A stretch of DNA of 64,000 nucleotides. It comes from Tricharina praecox (lineage: Eukaryota). The notes under the pieces are model-generated. The model worked only from the letters and a program-made list of their open reading frames with translations, did no database searches and was not told the origin of the DNA. Positions 26,640 through 40,087 of this stretch are shown piece after piece (position 1 is the first letter of the stretch; each line of letters starts with the position of its first letter). The stretch is from the NCBI RefSeq assembly GCF_024521635.1, contig NW_026250404.1:1674001-1738000 (forward strand). The letters run 5' to 3'. Position numbers and translations under genes: made by a program.

Positions 26640-27635
26640 GACACCCCGCGATAAACAATACCCACGCGACAGCCTGTAGATACTCGCCACCCCACGGCAA
26701 ACAAGGCACAAAATGGGGGTTCCCGGACCGATCAACCCCATATTGCTCACCTCTGGGGCCGGGAACGTTGGGGTACCCGTATGTGCATGGGTTATAGTTA
26801 TTCCTGCCGGAGATATTCTCCGCGGGTGCGGCCGCGATCCCTACATATCCCGCTTCAACGCTCGGAAAAACAAGGGCGCCGGTCCTGAGTCAGGTACATG
26901 CCGTATGATACATACCACATGCTCGCTTTTGACTTTGGATGTGTCGTTCGAAGGACAAAGGTCCCGCGGAGAAGATCTGCGGGCGCTTGAGCTTTGGCCT
27001 GGGCTAGGACATGGAACTGGGCTTGGGGGCTGCACAGCCTTATCGGAGGTCGGAGAGAGCACTCGGTTCGAATTATAGTGTAATAGACCCCTGGTGATGA
27101 TCTATCTCTCACGTTCGCTGTATACGTTAGGTGCCGAAGTAGGCAGATATGGGGTGGCACGTTCATTGATGACACCATGGATATCTATCTGTCAGAGCAG
27201 TTTCCTGCCGAGCCGGTAACAGGCTACTACGCTGGAGGATGTTCGGATTAGTTTTACCTGTCGTAGGAGTGGTACCGATTATCTGGGGCCGTTTGTTTAT
27301 GTGAAGATAGTGGCGGACAAGGCTAGATAATTCCCAATGCAGCTTGCAACTCGGCATGCCGCCCCACGGCAGGTTTTCCGCGGGTGCTGCTCCGATTGCG
27401 ACGGCCGCATGGTATGAGAGAGAAAAAAGCTGTAATGCCGGGTGGACATATACCCACCGCATTCCTGCCATCTCGAGAACCTGTTTCCTTCATTCACAGA
27501 TACACCGTCATCTTTCATTCTCCCAGTTGAACTATCAGTTTCCGTACAGAGTGCCGTGATATACTTTTCAAGCCTGAGGGGCAGTATTCCTTCGCATCCT
27601 ACCCATAGCCTGAGCGCTGGTCCACCACATCAACC
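26640..27635 (+). promoter_or_regulatory. niiA promoter with NirA-type and GATA sites
   Basis: CTCCGCGG at 26818-26825 (+) and 26964-26971 (-). Several HGATAR sites (about 27040, 27103, 27186, 27279, 27305, 27325, 27532). Confidence 0.7.
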
Positions 27636-30600
27636 ATGGAGGACCTCTACGACTCCGGCACGGCAACCCCGGCCACCACCGTCTCCTCCGATGAACCGAC
27701 TTGTACGGCTACAGATGGTCGTAAACGCGTGGTGATTGTCGGTTTAGGCATGGTGGCCATCTCGTTCATCGAGAAGCTGCTCAAGGCCGACCCGGACCAT
27801 ACCTGCTTCTCGATCACTGTTATCGGCGAGGAAGCCCATGTCGCCTACAATCGTGTCGGCCTCACTTCCTTCTTCGAGCACCGCAAGATCGAGGAACTTT
27901 ACCTCAACCCGAAGGAATGGGTGTGCATTCACAACACTTCCCTTTTAAACAAGCGAGTACTGATACGTTGCAGTATGATTCGCAACCGGCACTGAATCAT
28001 CACCTCTCAACCCGGGTGACCGAGATTCTTCCCGAAACCAGGGAGGTGAAGACCTCTGCCGGCACCACTGTGCTCTACGATGTTCTCATCCTCGCCACGG
28101 GCTCCGACGCCGTGGTGCCTGCCGATACGCCAGGCCACGATGCCACTGGAGTGTTTGTATACCGTAATATCGCCGATCTGGAGCGCATGATCTCGTACTC
28201 GGCCAGTGTAACTGGTAGTACGGGATTGGTTGTCGGTGGTGGGCTTCTCGGCCTCGAGGCTGCAAAGGCCATGATGGATCTGAATCAATTTGGCGCTGTC
28301 AAGTTGGTCGATAAGAACCCGTGGGTGCTGTCGAGGCAACTTGATAGGGATGCGGGAGGATTGGTTATTGAGAAGGTTGAGGAGCTCGGCCTGGAGGTGT
28401 TGAAGTGCCACAAGATTGAGGAGATCAAAACCGACCAAACGAATCAAGTCGTCGGGGTGAGGTTTATTGATGGGAAGGAGATAGAATGCTCGAGTATCTG
28501 CTTTGCCGTAAGTTTCTCCGGCTAGAGTTCCCATGAAGAAAGTGAATCTGACCGAACGATAGATCGGAATCCGACCGAGAGACGAGCTAGCCGCTTCGGT
28601 AGGGATAAAAACCGCCAGAAGAGGTGGTTTCATCATCGACAAGAATTGTGAGACCAATGTTCCTGGCATCTATGCCGTGGGCGAGTGCGCAAGTTGGGAC
28701 AACCAAACTTTCGGTCTGATCGCTCCCGGAGTCGAGATGGCCGATGTTCTTGCTTTCAACCTCTGCCAGTCTACACTGTTCGGCGGCGACCAACCGCCGA
28801 GAGCATTCCGTCGACCGGATCTCTCAACGAAGCTGAAGCTTCTGGGAGTGAATGTTGCGTCGTTCGGTGATTACTTCGCGGATCGCGACGGGCCGCAGGA
28901 GGCCACCGAGAGCCCGGGAATAAAGGCGCTCAGCTATAAGGATCCCTTCGAGTCTGTCTACAAGAAGTATCTGTTCACTGCAGACGGAAAGTACCTTATC
29001 GGCGGTATGATAATCGGCGACACGAAGGATTACATCAAACTGGTCGGAATGGTCAAGAGCAAGAAGCCACTGGAGGTACCACCATCACGCTTCATTCTGG
29101 GCGCAAAACAGGATGGTGAGGAGGATAATCCAGACGATCTGTATGACTCTCACCCTTTCTACCCGGCAATGGATCAGCTAACATGATATAGGCCTGATGA
29201 TACGCAAGTCTGCTCGTGTCACAACGTCAGCAAGGGTGACATCAGCAAAGTGGTGAAAGACGGAACTTGCACAAGCGTCGGCGAGGTCAAGTCTTGCACC
29301 AAGGCAGGCGCGGGCTGTGGAGGCTGCATGCCATTGGTACAGCAGATCTTCAATGCGGAGATGAAGGCGATGGGCGCCGAAGTCAAGAACTATCGTGGGT
29401 ATCTCCAGTACTATGACAATCCAGGCCATTCGCTAAATCATGCTCCTAGTTTGCCCGCATTTCGAGTACTCCAGAGCGGATCTCTTCAACATTATATCCG
29501 TGAAGAAGTATACCACTCTCGAGGAGGTTATGAAAGCGGTCGGCAAATACCCCGACTCCTTGGGCTGTGAGGCCTGCAAGCCCACCCTCGGCAACATCTT
29601 TGCTTCTCTCTTCAACCGACATGTTATGGACAAACCGATGCATGGGCTGCAAGACACGAATGACAAGTTCTTAGCGAACATCCAGCGCAACGGAACCTTT
29701 TCCGTCGTTCCGCGCGTAGCTGGTGGTGAAATCACCCCCGACAAACTGATCGTCATCGGCACCGTGGCAAAGAAATATGGTCTCTACTGCAAGATCACTG
29801 GAGGCCAACGAATCGACATGTTCGGAGCCAAGAAGCAGGACTTAGTCGAGATCTGGAGCGAGCTTGTTGATGCTGGAATGGAGAGTGGACATGCTTATGC
29901 GAAAAGCTTGAGGACTATCAAGGTATGCAGCCCCTTCCCACCACATTTAAATAACATACTAACGACCAGCAGAGTTGTGTCGGATCGACCTGGTGCAGGT
30001 TCGGTATCGGTGATTCGGTTGGCATGGCCATCCGCCTCGAAGAGCGTTACAAATCCATCCGAGGTCCCCACAAGATCAAGAGTGGTGTATCAGGCTGTGT
30101 CCGCGAGTGTGCCGAAGCACAAAACAAAGACTTTGGCCTGGTCGCGACCGAGAATGGCTACAACATCTACGTCGGCGGTAACGGTGGTTCCAAACCTAGG
30201 CACTCGGAGATCCTCATCAAAGACTGTCCTCTGGAGCGGGTGATCCCGGTGCTGGATCGCTACCTCATGTTCTATATCCGTACCGCCGATAAGCTGCAAC
30301 GGACTGCACGCTGGATGGAGAACCTTCCCGGCGGTATCAAGTACCTCCGGGAGGTAATCCTTGACGACCGCCTCGGAATCTGCGACGAACTGGAACGACA
30401 GATGCAAGAGCTGATCGGTACGTACTTCTGCGAGTGGACCGAGGTAGTCAAGAATCCCGAAAGGCGAGCGCAATTCCAGCAGTTTGCCAACACGGGTGAA
30501 ACGCTCGATGGTGTCGAGATCATCACGGAACGTGACCAGACCCGGCCGACATACTGGCCGAAGGAAGGCGCGGCGAAGGAGGACTTTAGGGGTACAAAGT

Positions 30601-31163
30601 GGACCTCACTTGCCTGGCAGCCCATGGTCAAAGCGTCTTATTTCGGCGACGGAGATACTGGCCCGAGTGGAAAGAGTGCTGCCGTCAAGCGCGGAGACAC
30701 CCAGCTTGCCATCTTCAAGGTCAAGGGGAAGTACTACGCCACCCAGCAAATGTGTCCGCACAAGAGAGCCTTCATACTTTCCGACGGCTTGGTTGGCGAC
30801 GACGACAAGGGAAACATGTGGGTTTCGTGTCCCTACCACAAGCGCAACTTCGAGTTGAAGGGTGAGAACCCAGGTACATGCCGGAACGATGAGGACCTAA
30901 ACATTGCAACCTTTGAGATTGAGGAGCGGGCTGATGGCTGGGTCTACTTGAAGCTGCCTCCGGTTGAGGAGCTGGACGCGAGGCTTGGTACTCAGAAGTG
31001 GATGGTCAAGAAGGGAGAGACGGAGGACCCCTTCAAAGGTGTCGACGGGATTCTCAAGGGTCGGAAATCGAAGAAGACTGCTCCTCTAGGCAACCTTCCC
31101 GTTGAGAAGCCAGCCTTTCAGACGCCTGTTGCGGCCGGAGGTGGCGCCGGGTTGGATTGGTGA
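27636..31163 (+). CDS. niiA: Assimilatory NAD(P)H nitrite reductase (FAD, BFD-like Fe-S, siroheme-[4Fe-4S], C-terminal Rieske)
   Basis: [81 protein letters not shown], Rieske CPH...CPYH. Confidence 0.97.
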
Positions 31164-32677
31164 TGGTTTTTCTTTCTTGGGTCATTTTTGGGTTACGTTT
31201 ACAGGATCTCCTTTGTCATGGTGTTTTATTTGTCGGGTATTTTGGTCATCGGTCGGTGTTGGTCAGTGGTCGCCTTGGTCATTTCAATCCTTAGTACTTT
31301 ATCTTTTCGTTCGTTGTCATTCGGTGATGCCAGTGATTTTCTGTGAGACAAAACAGTATGCATGAACAGCGTTCGCCCTAGCTATTCGTTTCAGCTGCTG
31401 CGTTCACCATTTGCATCAACAGCTCGGTAATTATGGTTAGTTATGAGCGACACCCTTATCTAGTCATGTGTAGTCATTTCGAACATCTTTGAAACGTGTC
31501 TTTAGATGTGCAGTGGTGGATCCGGAAGCGGGGTTCTTGACCGAAGCTCGTATGTAGAAGAAGCGGGGATGCGCGGCGAAGGCGGTAACGTTCTTGATTG
31601 GCCCTAACCGCCATCGAGTGAGTCTCAATGAGGTGCCATTTCACCTCGGCCACCCACTTTCCGAGGCTGGAATCAGTCCTTTGTCTATGACTAATGTCGC
31701 CCCGCCATCTACCCCATTTACCCCCGCGTGTGCTAGCCAGTCCAGCCACTTTCTCCATTTCTCTGCTTCTCGGTGGCTGGGAAATCCAACCGTCGACGTT
31801 ACCCGTTGGGTATCTGCAGCTAATCCTGCAGCTGTCGCTCGTGCCATGGACTGACAACCAACCATGCCCAAAGCATCTCTCGGTCGTATGCCTGCCTTGT
31901 GTTGAGCCTGGAAGATCATTCAGCATATTTTGAGCGGGGTGAGTGATCGAGGAACAGTGAGGCGTTTGCTGTTCAAATCATCTTCTTCCCCATCATCAGT
32001 TCCAATGAGAATGCCCGCTTCGAAACATTTCCCATCAGAGCACAGCGATGGGCATTGTCAGGCATTTGAGACATGAACGCAGGTACGTATGGAGCCAACG
32101 CAGTGGAGTCATGTAGGGCGAAGGGATATTCGCGATACCTATACTTCGTCATCTTTCGTCTGACATATATCGATATCGGATGAAACCGCCCCCTGTGGTA
32201 TCCACGTTAATCCACACGAACAAGGCGGATTACCATCGAGAGAAAAAAAACGCAATGCGATGAGGCTCCGGGTGAGGGGATCGATGTGTTGTGTGGGTTC
32301 GGGATGGAGGAAAGAAGGCTCTGCTGTTGTCGGGTTGCGAAATTGAAGCGACGTGTGGCTAGATCCAATGGATAGCGCTTTCGCTGGCCGAACAGCTAGC
32401 ACAGACGCACCTGCAATGCTGCTGCAGCTGCGATTGGTCATCCATGAGCGCGGACCTCCAAAACAGCTGGCAAGAACGGGGTTTTCATCGCGCACCCATC
32501 CGGATCTACGTATGGGAGTTTTAAAGGTAGTGGCCCAGCCGGCTGCGCGCTGCATCTTCCTGTCTGAGCGCTCGAGGGTTCTTGGTAACGTACTTATACC
32601 TCACCTATGCTCTGGATCTTGGCCGTCCGTCCACCACCGATATCGGACGTAACCCACGGCTTTGTTTGATACAGCCC

Positions 32678-35076
32678 ATGATGATTACCCCCATTACGTC
32701 GACGTCGTCATTTCTTGCGCCCTCGGTCCTCTTGTCTCTGGCAGGCTATGTGTGTGGACTACCGACCATCATATCACCGACGAACGATACGATAGCCGAG
32801 CCGCCGTGGATGAGGGATCCGGATGGGCGAGGAACCATAGGACTTCTGCTATCCTGCGTCCTGACTCTGGGTCTTTGTGTTTGGACTGGTGAGTGATGAC
32901 CCCCTGAAGGAAAGGCAAAAAGAAAAACCAACTGACGATATCCGTACCAGCTGTGCATCTGAACGTGGACCCATGTGCATCGCACAGCCAGTTATTCTGG
33001 CGGAAGTGTCTATGGGTGGTAATCGGGCTGTTTTCCCCGGAGATCGTTTTGGTATGTGGGGGATTGGCCCAGGCTTCCGCTCGCTTTCGGGTCCGAGCTG
33101 ACGACGAATAGGTCAGCTCCTACGAGCAGTGGCAGCAGGCACGGTCCCTGCATAGGAAAGTGAAGCGGCGCGTCGAACCTCTGTCGGAGGAGATTTGTTC
33201 TTCGACTGAGATCGAGAATGCTTCCGTGCTGGAAAAGACAGTATGCAAATCAACATGCTCACACCCATCGCCTCATGGATAACTGACGGCTAGAGGGGAT
33301 AGTCGGGGATCATCACCAAAGGATGGCAAAACATGCAAGGGATATACAGAAGTTTTCGTTATACAGAGGACGAACACCTCTTTGGAATGACAGTAAGTTT
33401 GGCTTCCAACGATCGCCGCGTGTTTGATATGACAGCTAATGAGCGTACAGTGTAGTTTCTTCATCGTCATGGGAGGCACAACCATCCCTAAGGGCCGGGA
33501 CGGTTCACAATGCACCTTGACACCCGAGGGGTTCGAATACCTACTGGATGTTGGTGTCTTGAAGCCTTCTTGTGTAGACACAGCTACGATATTGGACAAA
33601 GGCAAAGCCGACTTCCTGGCTAAATTTCTAGTGAGTTGTCTTCATCCTCGGTGCCAGGATTCACTGTCTGACGGTATGCCATACATCTAGGTTTGCGTCC
33701 AAGCTGCGTGGATGATACTGCAGTGCATACTGAGGAAGATGAACGACTTACCCGTCACCCTTATCGAGCTGAACGCACTGTTCCACGTCGTCATCGCCCT
33801 GTTTATGTACTTTTTCTGTAAGCCTTGACGACCTCCATGCTCGAAGCCATGCTAACATACACACCTCCAGGGTGGGAGAAGCCCCTAAATATCGGCGAGC
33901 CCATTAAAGTCAGCATGGATCCGGACCTAGCGGATATCCTCTTCGCGCTCGACGTGCGACGATCCCTGGGCATCACCGTCCGTCTGAGCACCGACGAGCT
34001 CCCAGTTTTCGATGCGCAGCGCCTCCAGCGGAACGCGCCAACGATATACGCCGCCATACCGATACTCCTTCCGATCTACAAGACCGGATTTATGAACGGA
34101 TCTCAAGAGGATAATTTGGCCGGGGGGGACCGGAAGTGGGCGCTGTGGGATCTGGCAAGGGCTAAGCGGCGATTGGACAAAAGAACCCAGGGAAACATCA
34201 TCATGCTCCTGCCGGGGCAGTCGATCGAGGAGCCCGATAAGCCGATCGAGGAAGAGGTGGAAGGGTCGGAGGCGGGAGATTCTGAAACGGGAGATTCGGA
34301 GATGGGAGAAGGGGAGAAGGGGAACATACAAACCACGCTGAGAGAAATAATCAGCGAGAAGCGAATGGATGAGAGTCAAGGGCAGGAGGCTGAGCCGCGG
34401 CAGAGAGCAAGAGCGCTAGTCACCGGACACGAAAAACAAACCGTCACACTCACCGAGTCGGAACTCGAGATGTTATTCTCGGCGGCCTGGGCGCTGTCGA
34501 GTGATAAGTACGAGAGAATAAAGTCGGATTACGAAGACTACGCGTGTGGCAAGGGATTTCTAAAGAAATCAAGGGACGACGATTTCCGTGTCCATCGGAT
34601 CAAGAATCTGCATTTCGACATGGACATAGTCCTCTCCGAGATCAACGGCTTCAATGATCCGCACATAATATTGTCGATTCTGAATATTTTATATGGCGGT
34701 TCGTATCCCTCCCTCCCTCTCTCTCTCCCTCTTTTCCCCCATCAATATCCGCTCACAACCACTCTCAGCCGCCCACGCGAGTGTATGGAACACGCACTTC
34801 CCGACGCCGCTGGAGAAGTGGATGTGGCGCTGGTCGTGCTTCATGTTGCTTCTCCCGACGATCGTGACGACGGCGAAATGGGTGACGCAGCAGCTGCCGA
34901 CAAAACATATGGACTACTATGTCAACCGCGCGGTGCAGATATTGCTGCATCCTGTGCTGGTGGTGTACTTTTGTGCCAGGGTCTTTGTCGTCGTCGAGAG
35001 TTTTATCAGCGTCAGGAGTCTGCCCCAGGGAAGCTACAAGACTGTCGAGATTAGTGAGTATTGGCCACATTTCTGA
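32678..35076 (+). CDS. Uncharacterised fungal multi-pass membrane protein (multi-exon)
   Basis: Signal-like N-terminus, then motifs of a widespread fungal family: DPDGRGTIGLLLSCVLTLGLCVWTAVHLNV, FFIVMGG, ILDKGKADFLAKFLVCVQAAW, LPVTLIELN, WWEKPLNI, WNTHFPT..E..MWR, ARVFVVVESFISVRSLP.GSY.TV...YWPHF. Confidence 0.85.
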
Positions 35077-35812
35077 CCCGGGGGAGGGGGGGGGGAGGGG
35101 TCAAGGTGGGTGATGTATGCATGTATGTATGTAGAATCAACGAATTCGTACACGCATGGGGGCATTGGGGGGTGGTTGCTTGTCGGAGTCGCCGATCGTA
35201 TCCTGACCTAAGAAGAGGTATGACTCGCATTCCCGTGGAAAGGCACCGGCTGCTCTTGTGATCCTTTGAAACTTCAATCGCACGCTTCTCTCATTACTAG
35301 TAGAATTTATCCCACAAAACGAGTGACGACGGTGATCAGTACAGATAGATGCGTTCCCCGGGCCATCCGTCTAAGTGAGGCCGGACTGCGAGAATTCGGG
35401 TCCTGATATGGACAACCCGGGAAGATGCCCGACCGAGGCTATCCCGCAGTCCGGTCCGGGCGGACGGCTGATACCTCCGACTCGGGCCAAGCCCCAATTT
35501 CGAGTGATTCGATAACGATCGCTTCTCCGATCCGGATGAAAGGTCCCGCAGCAAACTGTACTTGAAGAGTCACGAGCAACACTAGTAGATGATGGCATCT
35601 GCAATTCGGACAGCACTGAATCCCGAACCGTTCGTTGTCATTAAAGGTTTCATTCCCATCGAATACATCCGATTCGTTTTTCCACATCTAAGTATACAGC
35701 GACAAAATAAAGTACGGAAGGTATGAAAGAACGAAGAAGAAGAAGAAGAGAACGCTTCAATGAATTGCTCGAGGTAGAGAAGACGACCGAATTACCGAAT
35801 TACCAAACTGAT

Positions 35813-36616
35813 TTAGACAACCCTCTTAACCTACACCAGCGTGTCAGTGATGCGGACATGCCACGGGGAAGGATGTGGGTCATCGTACCTCAAAGAACCT
35901 CTTCAGATACCACACCTGGAACAATCCATTGCCCCCCACTACACCGAGCTGGAAGATACTCCACCACTTGACCCTCGAGTTCGTACTTTCGGCCGTGTTC
36001 CTGTGCACCATCTCGCGGATCACAATGTACCTATCCCCGGCGGCGGTCAGCACCCGCGTCATCATCCCTCCATCACGCGTGGGTTAAACATACTCCTGCT
36101 CGTCCTTGACCTGGTTCAACAGCTCGCCCAAGGTCTTGACGCCCTTCTCGAGCGGGTCGGCTTGCGCCGGGTCCTCGGCGACATAGACGACGCCGTGCAC
36201 GTTGAACATGACCTCCTTTGCGCTGCCGGAGTTCTCGTTCGAGAAGCAGTACGTGTAGCGCCCGTCCAGCAGCGCCTCAAAGTCCGCGTTTCCTCCCGAC
36301 GTGGCTTTCTTGTTCTCGATCAGGTTTCCGGATGGATCTTGAATCTACACACCCACCCCCGTTAGCTATCATCCCCCTCGACACACCCCCACACCCCTAC
36401 GGAAAGGCCTAGTGTGCGTACCCAGAAATCAATCTCGAGATTCCCCGCGCTGCCGAATTCCCGGTCGCCGACCTGGTAGGAGACGGTCATGCGGTCCTCG
36501 CGATGCAGGGTCTCGTGGTAGCAATCGCGCGTGTGCGGGTGGAGTTGTATGCTGTGAGCAGCGGCGGAGACGGCAAGGGCGGCTACGCCGAGGATGAGAG
36601 TCGAGAACGAACGCAT
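35813..36616 (-). CDS. EMP24: p24/GOLD-domain ER-Golgi cargo receptor (p24-beta type)
   Basis: Signal peptide MRSFSTLILGVAALAVSAAA, GOLD domain (DCYHE, GRYTYCFSN), coiled coil, HRNTAESTNSRVKWWS, one TM segment and tail YLKRFFEVKRVV after the last intron. Confidence 0.92.
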
Positions 36617-37011
36617 GGTGGTAGCTGTAGGCGGTTTGCGGTTTTGTAAAGCTGATCTGATGGGGCTGAGTGGTAATTGTGTGTACGTTGTTGTTGTCCT
36701 GGATAGATGGGCCCCCTTCTCGAAAAAGACAGCTTGCTGGCTCAAGGTGGTGAGGCGACAGGAATGAGTTCAGGGTAACTACTAGGTACAACTAGGGAGA
36801 TCACGTGCGGATCCCCGGCCGGTGGTGACGGCCCGTATCCACCCCCCACACGGCCCCCAACGCGACTCCGAAGGCCTATTTACCAGCCGCTAATCCGCAC
36901 CACCGCTCGCTTGAGGTTCCGATTCGGCCTGAGTTCACATTGCAACCCGCCCGATACGGTATGGAGCCGAGTGCTCGACAGTGAATCATTCGCATATTTG
37001 CTCCTCGGCGG

Positions 37012-37346
37012 TGTTGATATTATGCGTCTTATTGTCTGTTATGGTGCCACTGCTACTTTCCACTGTCCTTTTGCATACTGCCCTCATTACCTTTGTGTCT
37101 ACTTGGCATTATCCATGGCTTCTCACCAGAGTTGGCCTCTTTAGCTAAAAGCCTTCAAGCCCCCAGCCCGAGTCCGGCGACGACCATCGCCGCATCCTCT
37201 GTCTGGGGCCCGGCTTCGCCTGCTTCATCTCGTCCTCTACACGAGCTCGTTTCCCTTTATAAGCAATCCCCTTTCTCATCTTTCTCATCTTTCTCGTATG
37301 AATCACATCAGTCAAGTCAAGTTCTTCTCCCAGTTGCAACTCAACA
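37012..37346 (+). mobile_element. Solo LTR copy 3 with perfect 5-bp TSD
   Basis: TGTTGA...TCAACA termini. GGCGG at 37007-37011 and 37347-37351. Homologous to the two copies at 9.2-10.0 kb. Confidence 0.88.
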
Positions 37347-37744
37347 GGCGGCTCGTCTCCGGTATGGTCTGCAATTTCCCGAGTGGACATTTTATTCCAG
37401 GCCATCCAGTACCTGCCAGTTATCGCCGGGAAGGGATGAAACGAGACGAAACGAAACACGATTCACGCCCCATCTCACTCGCGCGCACAGCGCCCACCGC
37501 AATCTTTGGGCATCCCAGCATCCCGTCCCGAATCGGTGGCGAATTCCCACGCTTCCACGAAACCTTCCATCACCCACCACCCATCACCCGGCGACGGCGA
37601 CGGGAAGCCACAGGGGCGCGCTCACGAGGACTCAGGTGCGCGCCAAGAGAACATTCGAGTCGAGTCGAGTTGATCGATAGGTAGCGAGTCCGATCATGCA
37701 TGCATTGAGGCATGCATTTCGCAACTACCGTAACCCACAGCCGC

Positions 37745-37912
37745 ATGCCCTGTCCTGCCCTGTCCTGCCATGCCCTGCCCTGCCCTCAGCGCCCTGCCCT
37801 TAACGCCCTGCCCTCAGCGCCCCGCCTGCCCTGCCTGACCTGCCTGTCCTGCCTGCCCTGCCTGTCCTGCCTGTCCTGCGAAACGCTGTCATGCGCTGCC
37901 TGCCCTGTCCTG
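37745..37912. repeat. CCTG(C/T) low-complexity repeat tract
   Basis: Runs of CCTGC, CCTGT and CCCTG, with a duplicated GCCCTGCCCTCAGCGCCC. Confidence 0.8.
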
Positions 37913-38878
37913 GAAACACTGTGACCGTGGTCCGGAGTCGAGTCGGGCGCTTGCCCCAAGCCTGCCTCAAGCACGGCGATGGAGTGCGGCTGTCCGTGGC
38001 GGTACAGCACGGTACCGTACCGTATCGGACGGTATCGAACAGACCGGCCACGGGCATGCACGATGGACGTGGATGTGCTGTCCCCTCACCTGTGCTACTC
38101 GAAAACCTTCCATCCAATACCTTTGTATTGCCGCTCTGTACTTCCGATATGTACTTCCGATCGATACTCTAGGTAGAGTAGGTACACCGAACCGTGGACG
38201 ACGGCAGTAACTTTTCTTCTTCTTCTTCATCCTTTTTTTTGCTTTTTTTTATACCGTGTGCACCGTACGTGCGACCAATGTGATTGTGACGTCGTCGGCC
38301 TGTTCGTTTGCTATTTACGGCTGCTCACCTTATCATGCGTTGAACTTAACTCTGGACAGTGGAGGCGTTGAGGTGTTGACGTCCCCGTGCGGATCCCCGC
38401 ACTCGAGAGTACGTAGAGTACAGACGTAGCTGAGGCTGGGTGGGGTGGTGGGGTGGGGCTGCAGCACAGCAAAAGCTGAGTGCCGAGGTGGATGGATGTT
38501 CAGCTGGATGCGATGCCGACCACCACCACCTTCACCTTCACCCCGCCCTCAATCCAATCACAGAGTGCAAGTTGCAAGTTCCAGAGAAGTATGTAGACTA
38601 ATTACTTTTTCATTCCATTCCACCCCAGTCCCAGTCCTCCACCTCATTCTCCTCATCCTTCATTCAGCTTCCAGACGGTAAGAAAAATTAAATCGCACCA
38701 AATTCCAATCCTATCCGGGGTCTACAGATTGTAAAAAAAGAAACGAAAACCAGACAAACAAACACCCCTCTACTAGGTACTACTCATACATGCTCTCGGA
38801 AAGTGACAATTCTTTGGGCAATATGTATATCGAAAAATGAAAAAAGATAAAAAAAGATAAACGGCCGGCCGAAAGCGT

Positions 38879-40087
38879 TTAGACGGACCTGTACCAGTTG
38901 GCAGAAGGGTCGCCCAGGCACTCGCCGACGAGGGCAGAGGTGTAACCCTTGGCCTTGAAGGTGGTGATCATGTACTGGACGAGGCTCTCGACAGTGTACT
39001 GGTGGACGTCGTGGGTGAGGGGGATCCACGAGCTGCTGGAGGAGCTTGCGGCGTTGAGGGCAGAGGCGAAGATGTCCTTGCTGTTCTGGATTCCGGAGGC
39101 CGAGTCGTACTGCCAGTCCTGGGTGTCGAGGTTGGTGTGGATGACGTGGTAGCCGAGCGTGTTCATGACATTGAGGCAGGCGGAGCCGCACGAGAAGTAA
39201 GGGGGACGCATGTAGGTCGGTGCCTTTCCGATGACGCTCATGAGCGCCGTCTCGAGCTGGGTCATCTCGGTGGTGACTTGGGAGCCGCTGAGCGTGGCAA
39301 GGTCGGCGTGGTCCCAGGTGTGCGAGGCGACCTGGTGGCCCTCGGCGATCATCCGCTGGACGAGCGCGGCCTTGTCCGAGCCGTAGATGTCGTTGGCTCC
39401 CCAGTTCTTGCCGTTGACGAAGAAGGTGGCCTTGACACCGTTACTCGACAGAAGGTCGAGAAGTCCCGAGGTGTAGATGTATGGGCCATCGTCGAATGTA
39501 AGGGCAACCTTGCCGGACTGCGTGCATGTGGTGATGAGCGAACCTGAAAATATCCATTAGTATCCACTCTGTGCTTGGCGAATACTGTCGAGGTTTTTGC
39601 TTACCATAGGGCACGCTGCCAGGCTTTGCGCGGCCGGTCGAGATCGGCGGCGAGGTTGTTCCAGGAACGGAAGTGACGGGGGTGGTGGTGGGTGTTCCTC
39701 CAGAAGTACATGTCTATTTTTTTCAATGTCAATTCCTGAACCGAAAACATATGGAATGAGTTATCCCGAGGGCATGTATGTAAGGACGTACTCCGTAAGC
39801 CGACTGGCAACCAGTTCCTAAAATTGCATGTCAGCCATCTGGTCTTGGAAAGATGCCGATTCGACAGGATTCAACGTACCACAGTGTTCATCCGAATCAC
39901 CGCACCAACCCCACTGCGAGCAGCACTTGTAGGAGCTGGTGGAGCAAGTGTATCCGGCGGAACCACCACAGGTTCCATCGGTCGACACAACCCTCTTCAA
40001 CAGACTTTTGGCATCCAATTGGCCAGCGGGGACGGCGGCGGCGAATGCCACGGACGCAAAGGCAGCTGCAGACAACCAACCCTTCAT
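38879..40087 (-). CDS. Secreted chitin deacetylase (CE4) with N-terminal CBM18 chitin-binding module
   Basis: Signal peptide, hevein-like CGG..TC..CCSQWGWCG..HCG.GCQSAYG.C split by introns, and a Thr/Pro linker. CE4 motifs TFDDGP, SHTWDH, RPPY, DTQDW and LTHD are all present. Confidence 0.93.
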
